A stretch of 40,686 bases of DNA from a virus. Its lineage: Duplodnaviria; Caudoviricetes. The notes beneath the pieces were generated by a model. That model ran no database searches, was not told the DNA's origin, and saw only the letters and a program-made list of their open reading frames with translations. Below, piece by piece: positions 7,910 through 17,202 of the stretch (within the stretch, counting starts at the first letter, position 1; the number at the start of each line of letters is the position of its first letter). Made by a program: the position numbers and the translations under genes. The stretch covers positions 1 to 40,686 of the IMG/VR virus record IMGVR_UViG_3300020045_003163; one strand, written 5' to 3'.

Positions 7910-8610
7910 TTCGGCACCGTTGCGATGACTTCCGCCAAATTCACGCGGCACAACTCCATTTGATCACTCCTCGACATGAGCCTTTCCGCACACGCCAGCA
8001 TAATTGCCTTGGCAATCGCCATATCTCGCGCATCACGCGATGCAGTCTCATGCTTGTATGCCGAGGCGTGGCCGGCTTCGTACACGTCCTTGCGGGCTTG
8101 ATCAGCTTCGGCAGCGATGATGACCTGTCCGGCGTCGATCGCGTGCTTGATTGCCTCGTCGGCTACACATCGCAAGACCGTATGATCAAAGGCGTCCACA
8201 TACGCAGCAGCCCGCAATTCGTCGCCAGTCATCAGCGTCTGCGGATACACCTTGGCCGGCGCTGGCCACTTGCAGCCCATGCCCGCATCAAAATCGCTTT
8301 GCCGATGCTGTGCCATAGCCGCAAATTCAGTGCTCTTTCTCGCGTAGACCAGCATGTCGCCGGTGAACACCGGCTTGCCGCCAATCATGCCGAGCGGCAG
8401 CATGACGAGTTGATCGACCGCATACGCGCCAATGCCATCAATGCTCCAGACGCAAGGGGTATCTTCTTCGGCTGTCACGCCAAGAAGCGGATAGCCGTCT
8501 CGCCGGCAATCCCATTTGATGATCGTTGCCGTAACTCCATTGATGCAGCAATACGGCGCGCCGGCTTGTGCGTCGACCATCGAAAACGGGCGGCTGTGGA
8601 CGGGCTTCAT
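7906..8610 (-). CDS. Hypothetical phage protein
   Basis: Start MKPVHSRPF at an ATGA overlap with the upstream gene. Confidence 0.65.
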   Translation of the reverse strand: MKPVHSRPFSMVDAQAGAPYCCINGVTATIIKWDCRRDGYPLLGVTAEEDTPCVWSIDGIGAYAVDQLVMLPLGMIGGKPVFTGDMLVYARKSTEFAAMAQHRQSDFDAGMGCKWPAPAKVYPQTLMTGDELRAAAYVDAFDHTVLRCVADEAIKHAIDAGQVIIAAEADQARKDVYEAGHASAYKHETASRDARDMAIAKAIMLACAERLMSRSDQMELCRVNLAEVIATVPK

Positions 8611-8843
8611 GCAGCCCTCCGCACGCCGTTGATGGACGGCAGGCCGGCGATGAACTTGATGTCGCTGATGCTGATCTCGAAGGCTTCGTGCGCGCGGATG
8701 ATGAGCGAGGCACCGAGCGGCAGCGTGCCGTGGCGCAACTTGCTGATGACTGGCGGCGCGACTTGCAGCACGCGGCACAATGCAGCGTCGTTTTTCAGGC
8801 TTCCGAGTTCGATCAGGTGGTCCAGCAATTGATTAATTTTCAT
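8607..8843 (-). CDS. Small XRE-like HTH protein of a family I associate with Oxalobacteraceae
   Basis: 'LLDHLIE...LKNDAALCRVLQVAPPVISKLRHG.LPLGASLIIR.HE' motif. Confidence 0.75.
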   Translation of the reverse strand: MKINQLLDHLIELGSLKNDAALCRVLQVAPPVISKLRHGTLPLGASLIIRAHEAFEISISDIKFIAGLPSINGVRRAA

Positions 8844-8898
8844 AATGGTCTTCAGGTAGGTTTTAGGTGCGCCGCCGATCGTGGCGGCGCTTGGTCGA

Positions 8899-9327
8899 TC
8901 AAGCTGCTTTCAGGTTCCCGATCATGGCTTCCGACTGCATGCAGGCCGTGGCCAGCGCCTTGACTTCGAGCAGCGGCAGGATGCGCAGATAGGCACTGAC
9001 CATCTTGCGCATGGCCTTCAGTTCGCCGGTGGTGAAGCGCAGCATTTCCTCCTGACGCTTGCACGCCTTGAGCAACTGCTGGCCGGCGATCACTGCGATC
9101 TCGTAGAAGGCGCGGTTGTTCGCCAGATTGGCGATGATCTGTGTCATCACGACCAGCTTGACCAGCGAGTTCTCCGCTGCGATCCCGCCTTGGCCGCGCG
9201 CTACGCTGTCCAGGTAGATCAGCGTCGGCAGGGCGATCTTGTCGGCTTCTTTCTTGCCTACGCGCTGCTTGAGGGCAACGGTGGACAGGAAGGATTGAAT
9301 GCCTGCTTCTTTGGAATTGCGTTTCAT
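8899..9327 (-). CDS. Hypothetical phage protein
   Basis: Start MKRNSKE at an ATGA overlap. Helical protein. Confidence 0.65.
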   Translation of the reverse strand: MKRNSKEAGIQSFLSTVALKQRVGKKEADKIALPTLIYLDSVARGQGGIAAENSLVKLVVMTQIIANLANNRAFYEIAVIAGQQLLKACKRQEEMLRFTTGELKAMRKMVSAYLRILPLLEVKALATACMQSEAMIGNLKAA

Positions 9328-9581
9328 ACTTGATCCAATCTCATTTGGCCCTGCGCTTCGAGTTCCGGCCCACTTGGCCCGGTTTTGTTTTCTTCTTCCG
9401 ACTCGCATTCCTGCCAGCACTGCAGGGCGTCTTCGGATTTTTTAAAGTAGTCGTTGCAAACTGGGCAGACGAAGACCTCGCTTGTGTAATTTGGGCAGCA
9501 GTCTCGCGCACAATCCTCGCTGTCGTGGATCTCTCCGCAAGAGTCGCATTTATGCTTGACCTCAAGGGTGCGGGCGCTCAT
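9324..9581 (-). CDS. Small zinc-finger protein
   Basis: Two CxxC pairs plus further Cys (CDSC, DCC, CPVC, CWQEC). Confidence 0.65.
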   Translation of the reverse strand: MSARTLEVKHKCDSCGEIHDSEDCARDCCPNYTSEVFVCPVCNDYFKKSEDALQCWQECESEEENKTGPSGPELEAQGQMRLDQV

Positions 9582-9991
9582 GCTGCGCGATCTTTGGCGT
9601 GAACAGTTTCAAAGTCGCCAGCGCCGAGGATGTAAGGGCGGACGTTGCTGACGGTATAAAACGTCGGATGAGCATGCTTCCCGATCCACTCCGACAGAAA
9701 TTTATTCAATTCCGCCTCGGCTTCGTTGGACACATTCGGGTAATCCTCTGCATATTCGCCGCCGATGTCGCTGGCGCGGTCGCGCATCGTGTCAATTACG
9801 TCGCCAGCATCGCAAAGATGTGATGTTTTCGGAATGGTGGCATCGCCGACATAGACGGTATCACCAGCCCTCAATTCATCGTTGTCATCAAGCAAGTCCC
9901 CCAAAGTGATGCTGTTGAAGTCTTCTTTATCAACCGACCAGCACTTTCCTGATTCGTCGATTGCCGGACTAATGTTGGCAACGGCGCTCAT
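9578..9991 (-). CDS. Hypothetical acidic phage protein
   Basis: ATGA-coupled ORF of 137 aa. Confidence 0.65.
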   Translation of the reverse strand: MSAVANISPAIDESGKCWSVDKEDFNSITLGDLLDDNDELRAGDTVYVGDATIPKTSHLCDAGDVIDTMRDRASDIGGEYAEDYPNVSNEAEAELNKFLSEWIGKHAHPTFYTVSNVRPYILGAGDFETVHAKDRAA

Positions 9992-11412
9992 GCTGCTTTC
10001 CATTCAGCGCGGGCGATCGAGGCATAGGCAGCATCGACAGCCTGGGCGATGGACTCGAAACTACCGCCGTTGATGTTGTGGATCAGGCAGCGCATCGTGA
10101 AGATCAGATCCGTGATGATCTCGGGCAGGGTAGCGACTTCAACTTTCGGTGCAATGAGGCTTGCAGCGTTGGCATCGCGATCTTCGTTCATCGCCAGCGC
10201 CTCGGCGTGGATCCTTTCAAACTCCGCTTGGTCGACAGCCTGGTCGAAGTTCCATTGCTCATTGTCGGCCAGTGCTTCGGTATGATCAGCAGTCAAAACA
10301 ATCAGGCTTTGCTGCTCCTTGAATTCATCCATCTGCTTGCGGACAATCTCGGCGCGGGCCGCCTCGGCATCGCTGGCGATCTTGACTTGCTTGTCGGCGA
10401 AGGCTTGCTTCTCGGCCTCGAACTGCGCGCGCTCGGCGTCCTGCTGCTCGCGCAAAGCCCTGGCTGCATCATCATGCTGCTTGCGCTCATTGGCGACCTG
10501 CGCTTGCTGGGCGTCGAGTAGTGCTTTCATCTCGTCGGCCATGCGCTGCTGGTCGGCTGCGTTCTGGATCGCCAGTGCTTTGGCGGCTTCCTCGATCTTC
10601 TCCGCAAGATCCACCAGGCGCTTAGCCTCGATGGCCTGAGCGTCGGCAATGCGCTTCGATTCGATCGCGGCGGCCAGTGCAGCTTCGGCGGCGGCGATGC
10701 GCTCTGCCTCGGCCCGGGCGGCAGCGACTTCGATCTCGCCTTGTTTCTCACGCATGCCGATTAGCGTGATGATGGCGGTGTGCGCGGCTGCCGTGGCGTC
10801 GCTGGAAAACTCGGCAAACGACTCATCCGGCTCAAAGGCGCGCAATCCGTTGATCTCGGCATCGATCTCGCTGGACGACTCGCCGGCCATGGCCATGGGA
10901 ATAGAGCGTATCGCGTCGATCTTGGCCATGATGGCCGCCTTGCGCTCGGCGGCGATGCGGTCGCGCTCGGCTTTCTCGGCTTCCTTGCGGTTTTCCTCGG
11001 CCTTGATTTGGGCGTGGATCGGATCTTCCAGCGCCACCAGTTCGGCGGTGATCTGCTTTGCTTCGGCGTCGATCAGGCGGGTGCGCTCCAGCGCCGGGGC
11101 CTTGATCTCCTTGCGCATGGATTCCAGACCGATGCGCAGGCCGCGCAACTCGGCCCGGGCGGCGATCGCATCCTTCATGCCGGGCGTAGTCGTGACCGGG
11201 AACAGCACGCGCTCGTATTTGGCGCGCAATTGGCCGAGTGCGGCGGCAGTGACCGAATACTCGGCGATCTTGCACGGCAAGGATGGGGCGCTCTCGACTG
11301 TGGTGTCGTCCATGTCGTCAGCTATGTCGCAAAATATGCTGCGCGACCCATCTTCGTTCAGCATGATCGGTTCGCCGTTGTCTTTGAATACTGTTTTACT
11401 AAAATGTGTCAT
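9988..11412 (-). CDS. Long coiled-coil phage early protein
   Basis: 474 aa, Ala/Glu/Lys-rich. 'RKEIKAPALERTRLIDAEAKQIT..L..LEDPI..QIKAEE' resembles proteins found next to phage recombination genes. SD AGGAG upstream. Confidence 0.75.
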   Translation of the reverse strand: MTHFSKTVFKDNGEPIMLNEDGSRSIFCDIADDMDDTTVESAPSLPCKIAEYSVTAAALGQLRAKYERVLFPVTTTPGMKDAIAARAELRGLRIGLESMRKEIKAPALERTRLIDAEAKQITAELVALEDPIHAQIKAEENRKEAEKAERDRIAAERKAAIMAKIDAIRSIPMAMAGESSSEIDAEINGLRAFEPDESFAEFSSDATAAAHTAIITLIGMREKQGEIEVAAARAEAERIAAAEAALAAAIESKRIADAQAIEAKRLVDLAEKIEEAAKALAIQNAADQQRMADEMKALLDAQQAQVANERKQHDDAARALREQQDAERAQFEAEKQAFADKQVKIASDAEAARAEIVRKQMDEFKEQQSLIVLTADHTEALADNEQWNFDQAVDQAEFERIHAEALAMNEDRDANAASLIAPKVEVATLPEIITDLIFTMRCLIHNINGGSFESIAQAVDAAYASIARAEWKAA

Positions 11413-11453
11413 CTTGCTACTCCTGTAAATGGGCGGTTTGCTACGGTTTGGTG

Positions 11454-11651
11454 CTACTGTGCTGCCAGCCTTGCCATCGCACGGCGGTGGATGTTGCGCC
11501 CGTCAGGGTTGAACGGGAACTTCGGGTTGCCGCCGAACTGCGCTTGCCACTCTGCGCGTAATTCGTCTTGAACTTCCGCCTCGAAACGCATGTAGGCTTC
11601 CTGCTCTTGCGTGTCGTTGTGGTCGATCTGTTCTGGCGTCAGGTGTCTCAT
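11454..11651 (-). CDS. Hypothetical protein
   Basis: 65 aa, ATGA-coupled. Confidence 0.55.
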   Translation of the reverse strand: MRHLTPEQIDHNDTQEQEAYMRFEAEVQDELRAEWQAQFGGNPKFPFNPDGRNIHRRAMARLAAQ

Positions 11652-11827
11652 GCCGCACCATCGTCATCAAAAACAATTTCAAGGCGGCATTTTCCATCAC
11701 TCATATCGTTGATTACATCCGTAAGGCTCTTGATTGCCGCCACAATGTGATACTCGGTTGGCTGGCTCGTTGTAACGAGTGTGCGGATTGCCTCCACGCA
11801 GGCACGACGATTGGCTACGGCGCTCAT
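11648..11827 (-). CDS. Hypothetical protein
   Basis: 59 aa MSAVANRR..., ATGA overlaps at both ends. Confidence 0.55.
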   Translation of the reverse strand: MSAVANRRACVEAIRTLVTTSQPTEYHIVAAIKSLTDVINDMSDGKCRLEIVFDDDGAA

Positions 11828-12165
11828 GCTGCCTCCCGTTCGATTGCGATGGCCAGGTGCGTGCGCAGCTCGTCGCGCATGTCCTTGATCTGGTCGGCAG
11901 TCTTGTCGCTGATGCTCCAGCGTGAGATCAGATCGAGGAAGTTTGCGGCGCGCTTCATCGATTCCTTGGCTTGCTCGGGAATCTCGCCGCCGGTTACGCT
12001 GCGGCTCTCGTAGGCGCGTAGATCTTCCTCGCGGTACAGGACCGTGTGCGACCCAATGACGATGTGTGCCGGCCCCTTGCTGGCCCGACGCCATTGCTGG
12101 AGCGTGCGGGTGCTGACTTGCCAGCGCTTGGCCACGTCGGCCTCTGTATAGCGTGCGTCACTCAT
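11824..12165 (-). CDS. MerR/AlpA-like HTH DNA-binding protein
   Basis: 'TEADVAKRWQVSTRTLQQWR....GP...IG..TVLYREEDL.AYE'. Confidence 0.8.
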   Translation of the reverse strand: MSDARYTEADVAKRWQVSTRTLQQWRRASKGPAHIVIGSHTVLYREEDLRAYESRSVTGGEIPEQAKESMKRAANFLDLISRWSISDKTADQIKDMRDELRTHLAIAIEREAA

Positions 12166-12998
12166 TCTGCTGCCTCTGTGGCTTGTGTAGCGGGTTGCTG
12201 GCCAGCGCCGACGATATCGCGCAGTCGGCTGGACTTGTTCGGCTCGGCTGGCGTCAGTTGCGCCTTGCGGGAATTGACGGCAGCTTTGAAGTCCACCAGG
12301 TCGTAATCAGTGCCACGGCGCTGGATAGCTGCAGATCCATCGTTCCAGATGATTTTCAGTGAATCGAGCGTCGATGCGCGGCTGGCATCTGCGATCCATT
12401 TGTCGGCCAGGCTGGTATCGAGCGCCGCAGCGCCTGCGCCGTCGTCGTCGCCTTGGTCATGCGTGGCCAGGCCGACTGCGCCCAGCAATGTGTATCGCTG
12501 CAAATAGGTCACGGTGCTGGCCATTTGCTGGATGCTGTTCTTCTTGCCTGAATCATCGCGGCTGGCCGACAACATGGTGCGCTCGGTGTGCCCAAGCCGG
12601 TGCGTGATGATGCAGGTCACGACGATCTGCCCGCCTTGCTGCTGCTCGGTGTCCCAGTGGTGAGAGAAGCCGTGCTGCGCCAAGCCTTCGACGATCGCGC
12701 CGGCGACATTGCCAAGCGTGGCGTGCATGTAGGACGTGCCGTTGAACGCAACCAGCTTGTCCTTGATGATGTGCGGAGGGTTGCGCTTGAACTCAGCCAT
12801 GTCGACGACATACGCCTTGCGGGCCTGGTCGGCTTCCCACTCGCGCTGCAGCGCCATGAATTCGCGGATGTCGGCGATGCTGCCGCCGTTTTTCATCGCA
12901 TACAACACGATGTCGGCCGGCGTGGCGGGGGCGGAAACCAGCGCATTGCGTGGCTGCTCGATGATGGCGGTGCCTGGGTTGATGATCTCTTGTTCCAT
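12162..12998 (-). CDS. ERF-family single-strand annealing protein
   Basis: 'Y.HATL', 'GFSHHW', 'VTCIITHRLGH.E', 'Q.MASTVTYLQRYTL....GLA...DDDG'. Confidence 0.88.
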   Translation of the reverse strand: MEQEIINPGTAIIEQPRNALVSAPATPADIVLYAMKNGGSIADIREFMALQREWEADQARKAYVVDMAEFKRNPPHIIKDKLVAFNGTSYMHATLGNVAGAIVEGLAQHGFSHHWDTEQQQGGQIVVTCIITHRLGHTERTMLSASRDDSGKKNSIQQMASTVTYLQRYTLLGAVGLATHDQGDDDGAGAAALDTSLADKWIADASRASTLDSLKIIWNDGSAAIQRRGTDYDLVDFKAAVNSRKAQLTPAEPNKSSRLRDIVGAGQQPATQATEAAE

Positions 12999-13030
12999 GA
13001 TGTTCCTCTGTATGGTGCGGTTTGGTACGG

Positions 13031-13249
13031 TCAGCGTTCGATGTGCTGGACGGGATCGATACGGTAGCGGGCGGCTGGGTTGGCTTCCATCAGAAGCTCT
13101 AGGTCTTCCTCGGCACGGGCGCGGCTTTCGAACGTGCGGACGATGCGCTTGACGATGGTGCGCGGCATTACAAGGCTGTTGTCCTTCGGATCTGTGACGG
13201 CGATCGTTTCGACTTCGACGAGGATCTGCAGGCTGTCAATGGTGGGCAT
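13031..13249 (-). CDS. Hypothetical protein
   Basis: 72 aa MPTIDSL..., SD GAAGGAG upstream. Confidence 0.6.
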   Translation of the reverse strand: MPTIDSLQILVEVETIAVTDPKDNSLVMPRTIVKRIVRTFESRARAEEDLELLMEANPAARYRIDPVQHIER

Positions 13250-13482
13250 TATTGTTGCTCCTTCTTTTTCATGACGATGGCGCGGCGCGCTTCCATGGTG
13301 TCGCGTTGCTCTTGAATGACATGGCGCGACCATTTTCCAATGATCTCGGCGCGCTGCCCGGACACCAGGCCGACGCCAGCCAGCGCGATGTCGTAGATGC
13401 GCGTCTGGCGCATGGTCGGATTGGCGGACTTCTCGCAAAGCGCGATGATCCGATCCAGCGCCAGTTTGCTTTCGTGGCTCAT
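13249..13482 (-). CDS. Hypothetical protein
   Basis: 77 aa MSHESKL..., ATGA-coupled to the exonuclease. Confidence 0.6.
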   Translation of the reverse strand: MSHESKLALDRIIALCEKSANPTMRQTRIYDIALAGVGLVSGQRAEIIGKWSRHVIQEQRDTMEARRAIVMKKKEQQ

Positions 13483-14516
13483 GCCGCCTCGCTGACGCGC
13501 ACGTTTCGGAACGGTGCCACAGTCGCCTCGATGTCGCAGGCGGGAACCACGCTGCGGCTGATGGTCCAGCGTTCGCCGGCGGCACGGTTGTAGCAACGAT
13601 ACGATTCTTTGTTCGTCCCGGCGCTGATCTTCGAGCCATCCGTCGTCACCGACTTGGCCTGGTCGATGATCGTCAGGATCTCTGCCTTGGCGGCCTTCTT
13701 GCGCTCGTCGGCGACCTTGGCATCGGCACCGGCTGCCTTGTAGGCTGCGCAGACAGTTGCCAGGCGCTCATTGCCCGACATATCGACCGCACTACCGTCA
13801 TTGTTGACGTAGACGCGACTGATCGTCTCCGCGTCCTTCAGGAAGTCGACTTCGGGAACCGTGCCGTGCTGGACCATGTTCCAGAACTCGCCAGCGTTCA
13901 GGCGGATCAGATTGCCGATCGCCTCGTCACGCTCGCGGATCACGACCTTGGGCGTGTTGCCTCCGACCAGCGGGGCGATGATGGCCCAGCCGAGATCCGC
14001 CACTTCAAGCTGGTGCGCCACTTGAAATTCAATGTGGGCTGGCGCTTCGATCGTTTCGCCATTGTCGATCCATGCGCGTTTGAACTGCAGGCCGTCGACG
14101 TTCTTGATTTCAAGGATGCCGTCGCCATGCTTGCGGAACATGTCGCGCGCCGTCTCGTCGCCGATGAAGCCATCGACAATCCCGGTGATGCGGAAATCGA
14201 ACGATGAGCCCATGCGCAGCTCGGGAATACGCATGTACACCTTAAATGGCGACGCGATCAGGCCGCAGTCTTCGGCGATGCCGGCAGCGATCGCAGCCTC
14301 CAGTCGATTACCCCAGATTGTGCGGTCATTCGCGCCGAACGGGATCGGTGCCAGGCGGCCGGTCTTGACCATGAACAGCTCGTAGGGCGTGCGGGCATTG
14401 TCATAGACGCCAGCGCCAAACAGGCCGGCGCACTCGGTCGAGGTCAAATCCTGTTTGCGCGCTTCGAGCCAAGCGGCCTCGGTGTCGTGGTGGAGGGTGA
14501 TGCGTGAAATTTCCAT
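13479..14516 (-). CDS. YqaJ-like (lambda-exonuclease family) recombination nuclease
   Basis: 'WLEARKQDLTSTE', 'WGNRLE', 'GSSFD', 'LEIKN', 'QVAHQL'. Confidence 0.9.
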   Translation of the reverse strand: MEISRITLHHDTEAAWLEARKQDLTSTECAGLFGAGVYDNARTPYELFMVKTGRLAPIPFGANDRTIWGNRLEAAIAAGIAEDCGLIASPFKVYMRIPELRMGSSFDFRITGIVDGFIGDETARDMFRKHGDGILEIKNVDGLQFKRAWIDNGETIEAPAHIEFQVAHQLEVADLGWAIIAPLVGGNTPKVVIRERDEAIGNLIRLNAGEFWNMVQHGTVPEVDFLKDAETISRVYVNNDGSAVDMSGNERLATVCAAYKAAGADAKVADERKKAAKAEILTIIDQAKSVTTDGSKISAGTNKESYRCYNRAAGERWTISRSVVPACDIEATVAPFRNVRVSEAA

Positions 14517-14566
14517 GATGCGGCTCCGGTAGAATGAAATAACTGCATGTCTTTCGCAGTGGTTCC

Positions 14567-14595
14567 ATTATGCAACCGGCATTGAGATTATGCAA
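14567..14595 (-). promoter_or_regulatory. Leftward early promoter (PL-like) with overlapping operators
   Basis: Minus strand TTGCAT, 17 bp, CATAAT. Overlaps box GGTTCCATTATGCAACC (14561-77) and ATGCAACCGGCAT (14570-82). Confidence 0.75.
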
Positions 14596-14636
14596 CCGCT
14601 TTTGATAAATAAATGCACGCCTTGCGCAAAAGACGG

Positions 14637-15227
14637 TTAGTTGCGCGTAATGATTACCGGCGTTGCCCAATCGAGCAAAACGCTTTCGCGCGTGGCGTGG
14701 CCGGCCAGGTTATATGTGCCATCCCGGTAGCCGCGCTTGACCGTGGCGACGATCGCCGGGCCATCCTTAATCTTCGCGTAGCACCAGCGTCCCATGATCG
14801 CCGGATCGATTCCATGCGGCGCGCGGCAGAAAATCACCCATCCATCGGTCCAGTCCATCGCGGTCCCGGCGGATCGAAACTGCAATGCAATCAAGTCGTC
14901 AGGTAGATCGGCAGGCGCGCCGGTGCGCTCGATCGTGCCATCGGGGTAGATGGTCACGACGCCATCGCCGGCCACCGATCCGATCACCGACACGCGCCGC
15001 CCGCTGTCCGGCCGCACATCCGCGCCGGCTGCCTCGATGATCCGACCCAGTGGCTCGCCGAAGATCTGCGAGAGCTGCGCCGCTTCGTCGATCTGGAGCT
15101 TGCGCGCCCCGGAAAACGTCAGCGAGAGCTGGCTATGGCCCATGCCCATTCTCGACGCCAGGCCGCGCAACGACATCTTCTTTGCAGCCATCAGGCCGTC
15201 AAAATAGCGCCGATCTATCTCACCCAT
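14637..15227 (-). CDS. Phage repressor (CI-like; XRE HTH plus C-terminal domain)
   Basis: 'MSLRGLASRMGMGHSQLSLTFSGARKLQIDEAAQLSQIFG' HTH. Divergent from the cro-like gene. Confidence 0.8.
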   Translation of the reverse strand: MGEIDRRYFDGLMAAKKMSLRGLASRMGMGHSQLSLTFSGARKLQIDEAAQLSQIFGEPLGRIIEAAGADVRPDSGRRVSVIGSVAGDGVVTIYPDGTIERTGAPADLPDDLIALQFRSAGTAMDWTDGWVIFCRAPHGIDPAIMGRWCYAKIKDGPAIVATVKRGYRDGTYNLAGHATRESVLLDWATPVIITRN

Positions 15228-15284
15228 TGGATTTATCCCAAAAATAACGCGATGCGGTGCGGAATATGCCGAGTTGATGACCAA

Positions 15285-15327
15285 ATGCAACCGGCATAGC
15301 TCTATAATGTGGTAACGTAATCGAACC
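15285..15327 (+). promoter_or_regulatory. Rightward promoter/operator region (PR-like)
   Basis: TATAAT at 15303-08, flanked by ATGCAACCGGCAT (15285-97) and GGTAACGTAATCGAACC (15311-27). Confidence 0.65.
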
Positions 15328-15368
15328 ATGCAGCACAAACTGATTCGCAAACCACGACTGAGGCAACA

Positions 15369-15641
15369 ATGAGCGTAAAAAATGAAGACGAGATAACCGG
15401 CGAGGTCGCCAAGCAGATGCGCGAGAGCGCCGGCATGACGCAGGCGGCGTTCTGGGAGCCGCTGGGCGTCCATCAATCGAGCGGCTGCCACTATGAGGCC
15501 AGCGACAAGCCGGTGCCCAAGCCGGTCCGTATTCTGCTGTACCTGCGCTACGTCCAGGGCGTCGCATTCGGCCCCGAGCCAGCGCCCAAGATCGCCAAGG
15601 TACGCGCACCCCGCAAGCCGAGCCCCAAGAAATCGCAATAA
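15369..15641 (+). CDS. Cro-like HTH regulator
   Basis: 'MRESAGMTQAAFWEPLGVHQSSGCHYEA...VPKPVRILL'. Confidence 0.8.
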   Translation: MSVKNEDEITGEVAKQMRESAGMTQAAFWEPLGVHQSSGCHYEASDKPVPKPVRILLYLRYVQGVAFGPEPAPKIAKVRAPRKPSPKKSQ

Positions 15642-15683
15642 ACCGCAGCAACCCGTATCAAACCACATCAAACAAGGAAAATC

Positions 15684-16163
15684 ATGGCATCCGTAAATTC
15701 TGTAACAATCATCGGCAACCTGGGGCGCGACCCTGAGCTGCGCTACATGCCCAGCGGCGACGCCATCGCAAACATCGCCGTGGCCACCTCGTACAAATCG
15801 AAGGACAAAAACACTGGCGAGACGAAAGAGCATACCGAGTGGCATCGCATCTCGTTCTTCGGCCGCATGGCGGAAATCGTCGGCCAGTACATGAAGAAGG
15901 GTTCATCGATCTACGTTCAAGGTCGCTTGCAAACTCGGAAGTATCAGAAAGACGGCCAGGACCACTACGCGACCGACATCGTTGCCGAGAACATGCAATT
16001 CCTCGACAAGCGCGATGGCGTCGATCAGAGCCAGCAGCAGCCGCAGCAGCGCCAGGCACCGCAGCAAAACCAGCAGCGCCAGGCACAGCCATCGCAGCAG
16101 CGCGCGCCGGCCCGATCGTTTGCCGATGATGGCATCGATGCCGACGACATACCTTTTAACTGA
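15684..16163 (+). CDS. ssb: Single-stranded DNA-binding protein
   Basis: '[19 protein letters not shown]', 'TEWHR', 'GRLQTRKY', acidic 'DDIPF' tail. Confidence 0.97.
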   Translation: MASVNSVTIIGNLGRDPELRYMPSGDAIANIAVATSYKSKDKNTGETKEHTEWHRISFFGRMAEIVGQYMKKGSSIYVQGRLQTRKYQKDGQDHYATDIVAENMQFLDKRDGVDQSQQQPQQRQAPQQNQQRQAQPSQQRAPARSFADDGIDADDIPFN

Positions 16164-16246
16164 GTGGCGCAGGCGAACCACTTAAAAAACCTGCATTGAA
16201 ATCCCGGCGGCTTTCACAGCGCCAAAGACCTTTTCACGGAACAAAT

Positions 16247-16468
16247 ATGAGCGACGAAATGGATATGGCGCAAGACAGGGCACAGATCGAACTTGATCGC
16301 GCCATTGCTCTTGCGCGCCGCCCCGCGCCTGAAACCGCCCGCATTCACGATGACCTTTGTGCCAATGATTGCGGAACAAATCAAATTAATGGATCGGCCT
16401 ACTGCAGCCATGAGTGCCGCGATGATGTGGAAGCGCGAATCCGATTGGAGAAAATAAATGGACATTAA
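16247..16468 (+). CDS. Small Zn-finger protein, TraR/DksA-like N-terminus
   Basis: 'MSDEMDMAQD...' followed by C-x3-C...C-x3-C. Confidence 0.55.
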   Translation: MSDEMDMAQDRAQIELDRAIALARRPAPETARIHDDLCANDCGTNQINGSAYCSHECRDDVEARIRLEKINGH

Positions 16469-17144
16469 AAAGCCTGTCAGGATTAATTCGAAAACAGATC
16501 GCGCGAAAGCCCGTGTTGGCGAGCGCTATGGACTTCTCACTACTATAGAGTGGCTCGGGTCAAATAAAAGTCGACGCGCAGTGTACCGTTTCTCATGTGA
16601 ATGCGGGGGTTCATGCGTAAAGACTATGGCGCTTGTTATGATGGTTGGAGAGCATTCAACTTGTGGCTGCGCCAATCGAAAGCCGCCGGGGCCGTTGCGG
16701 CATGGGCATAGTAGGCGGGGCACCATCGAAAAAGAGTACATAGTCTGGAAAGGCATGCGTATGCGCTGCAGCCCGAAATGCTCAGAAGAAGCGTACCCGC
16801 ATTATTACGGTAAAGGCATTCGCGTTTGCGACCAATGGTCAGATTATGCAAAGTTTATAGCAGACATGGGGCCTCGCCCAGGTCCGGGATACGATATCGA
16901 CCGCATCGATTCCAATCTCAACTACGCACCTGAGAACTGCCATTGGCTATTGCGCGTGGAGAATAATAAGAAAGCGCGCATCGAGTATGCTAATCGCATG
17001 CGCCGACGAATATTCTCGGTCGGCAATTCTCGGCGCGTCCAATGGTTGATTGCTGATGGAATGTCAATTAGCGGCATCGCTCGACAAGAAAGAAGCTCAC
17101 TCAAAACAATCAAGCGAATCTTGGCAGGCGAGTTGCACGCATGA
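16458..17144 (+). CDS. HNH-type homing-endonuclease-like protein
   Basis: 'GERYGLLT', 'CECG', 'EY..W.GM..RC', 'GKGIRVCDQW', 'IDRIDSNLNY.PENC.W'. Visibly AT-richer than its flanks. Confidence 0.8.
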   Translation: MDIKKPVRINSKTDRAKARVGERYGLLTTIEWLGSNKSRRAVYRFSCECGGSCVKTMALVMMVGEHSTCGCANRKPPGPLRHGHSRRGTIEKEYIVWKGMRMRCSPKCSEEAYPHYYGKGIRVCDQWSDYAKFIADMGPRPGPGYDIDRIDSNLNYAPENCHWLLRVENNKKARIEYANRMRRRIFSVGNSRRVQWLIADGMSISGIARQERSSLKTIKRILAGELHA

Positions 17145-17202
17145 GCAACCAAGAACACAGGCCCATTCTTGGCTATGCACGCCAGAAAATGACGGGCGCA
17201 CG

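Noticed and set aside
14637-15845. 402-aa repressor as given in the ORF track
   Set aside because: The N-terminal extension is antisense to cro and ssb. The real start is most likely 15227.
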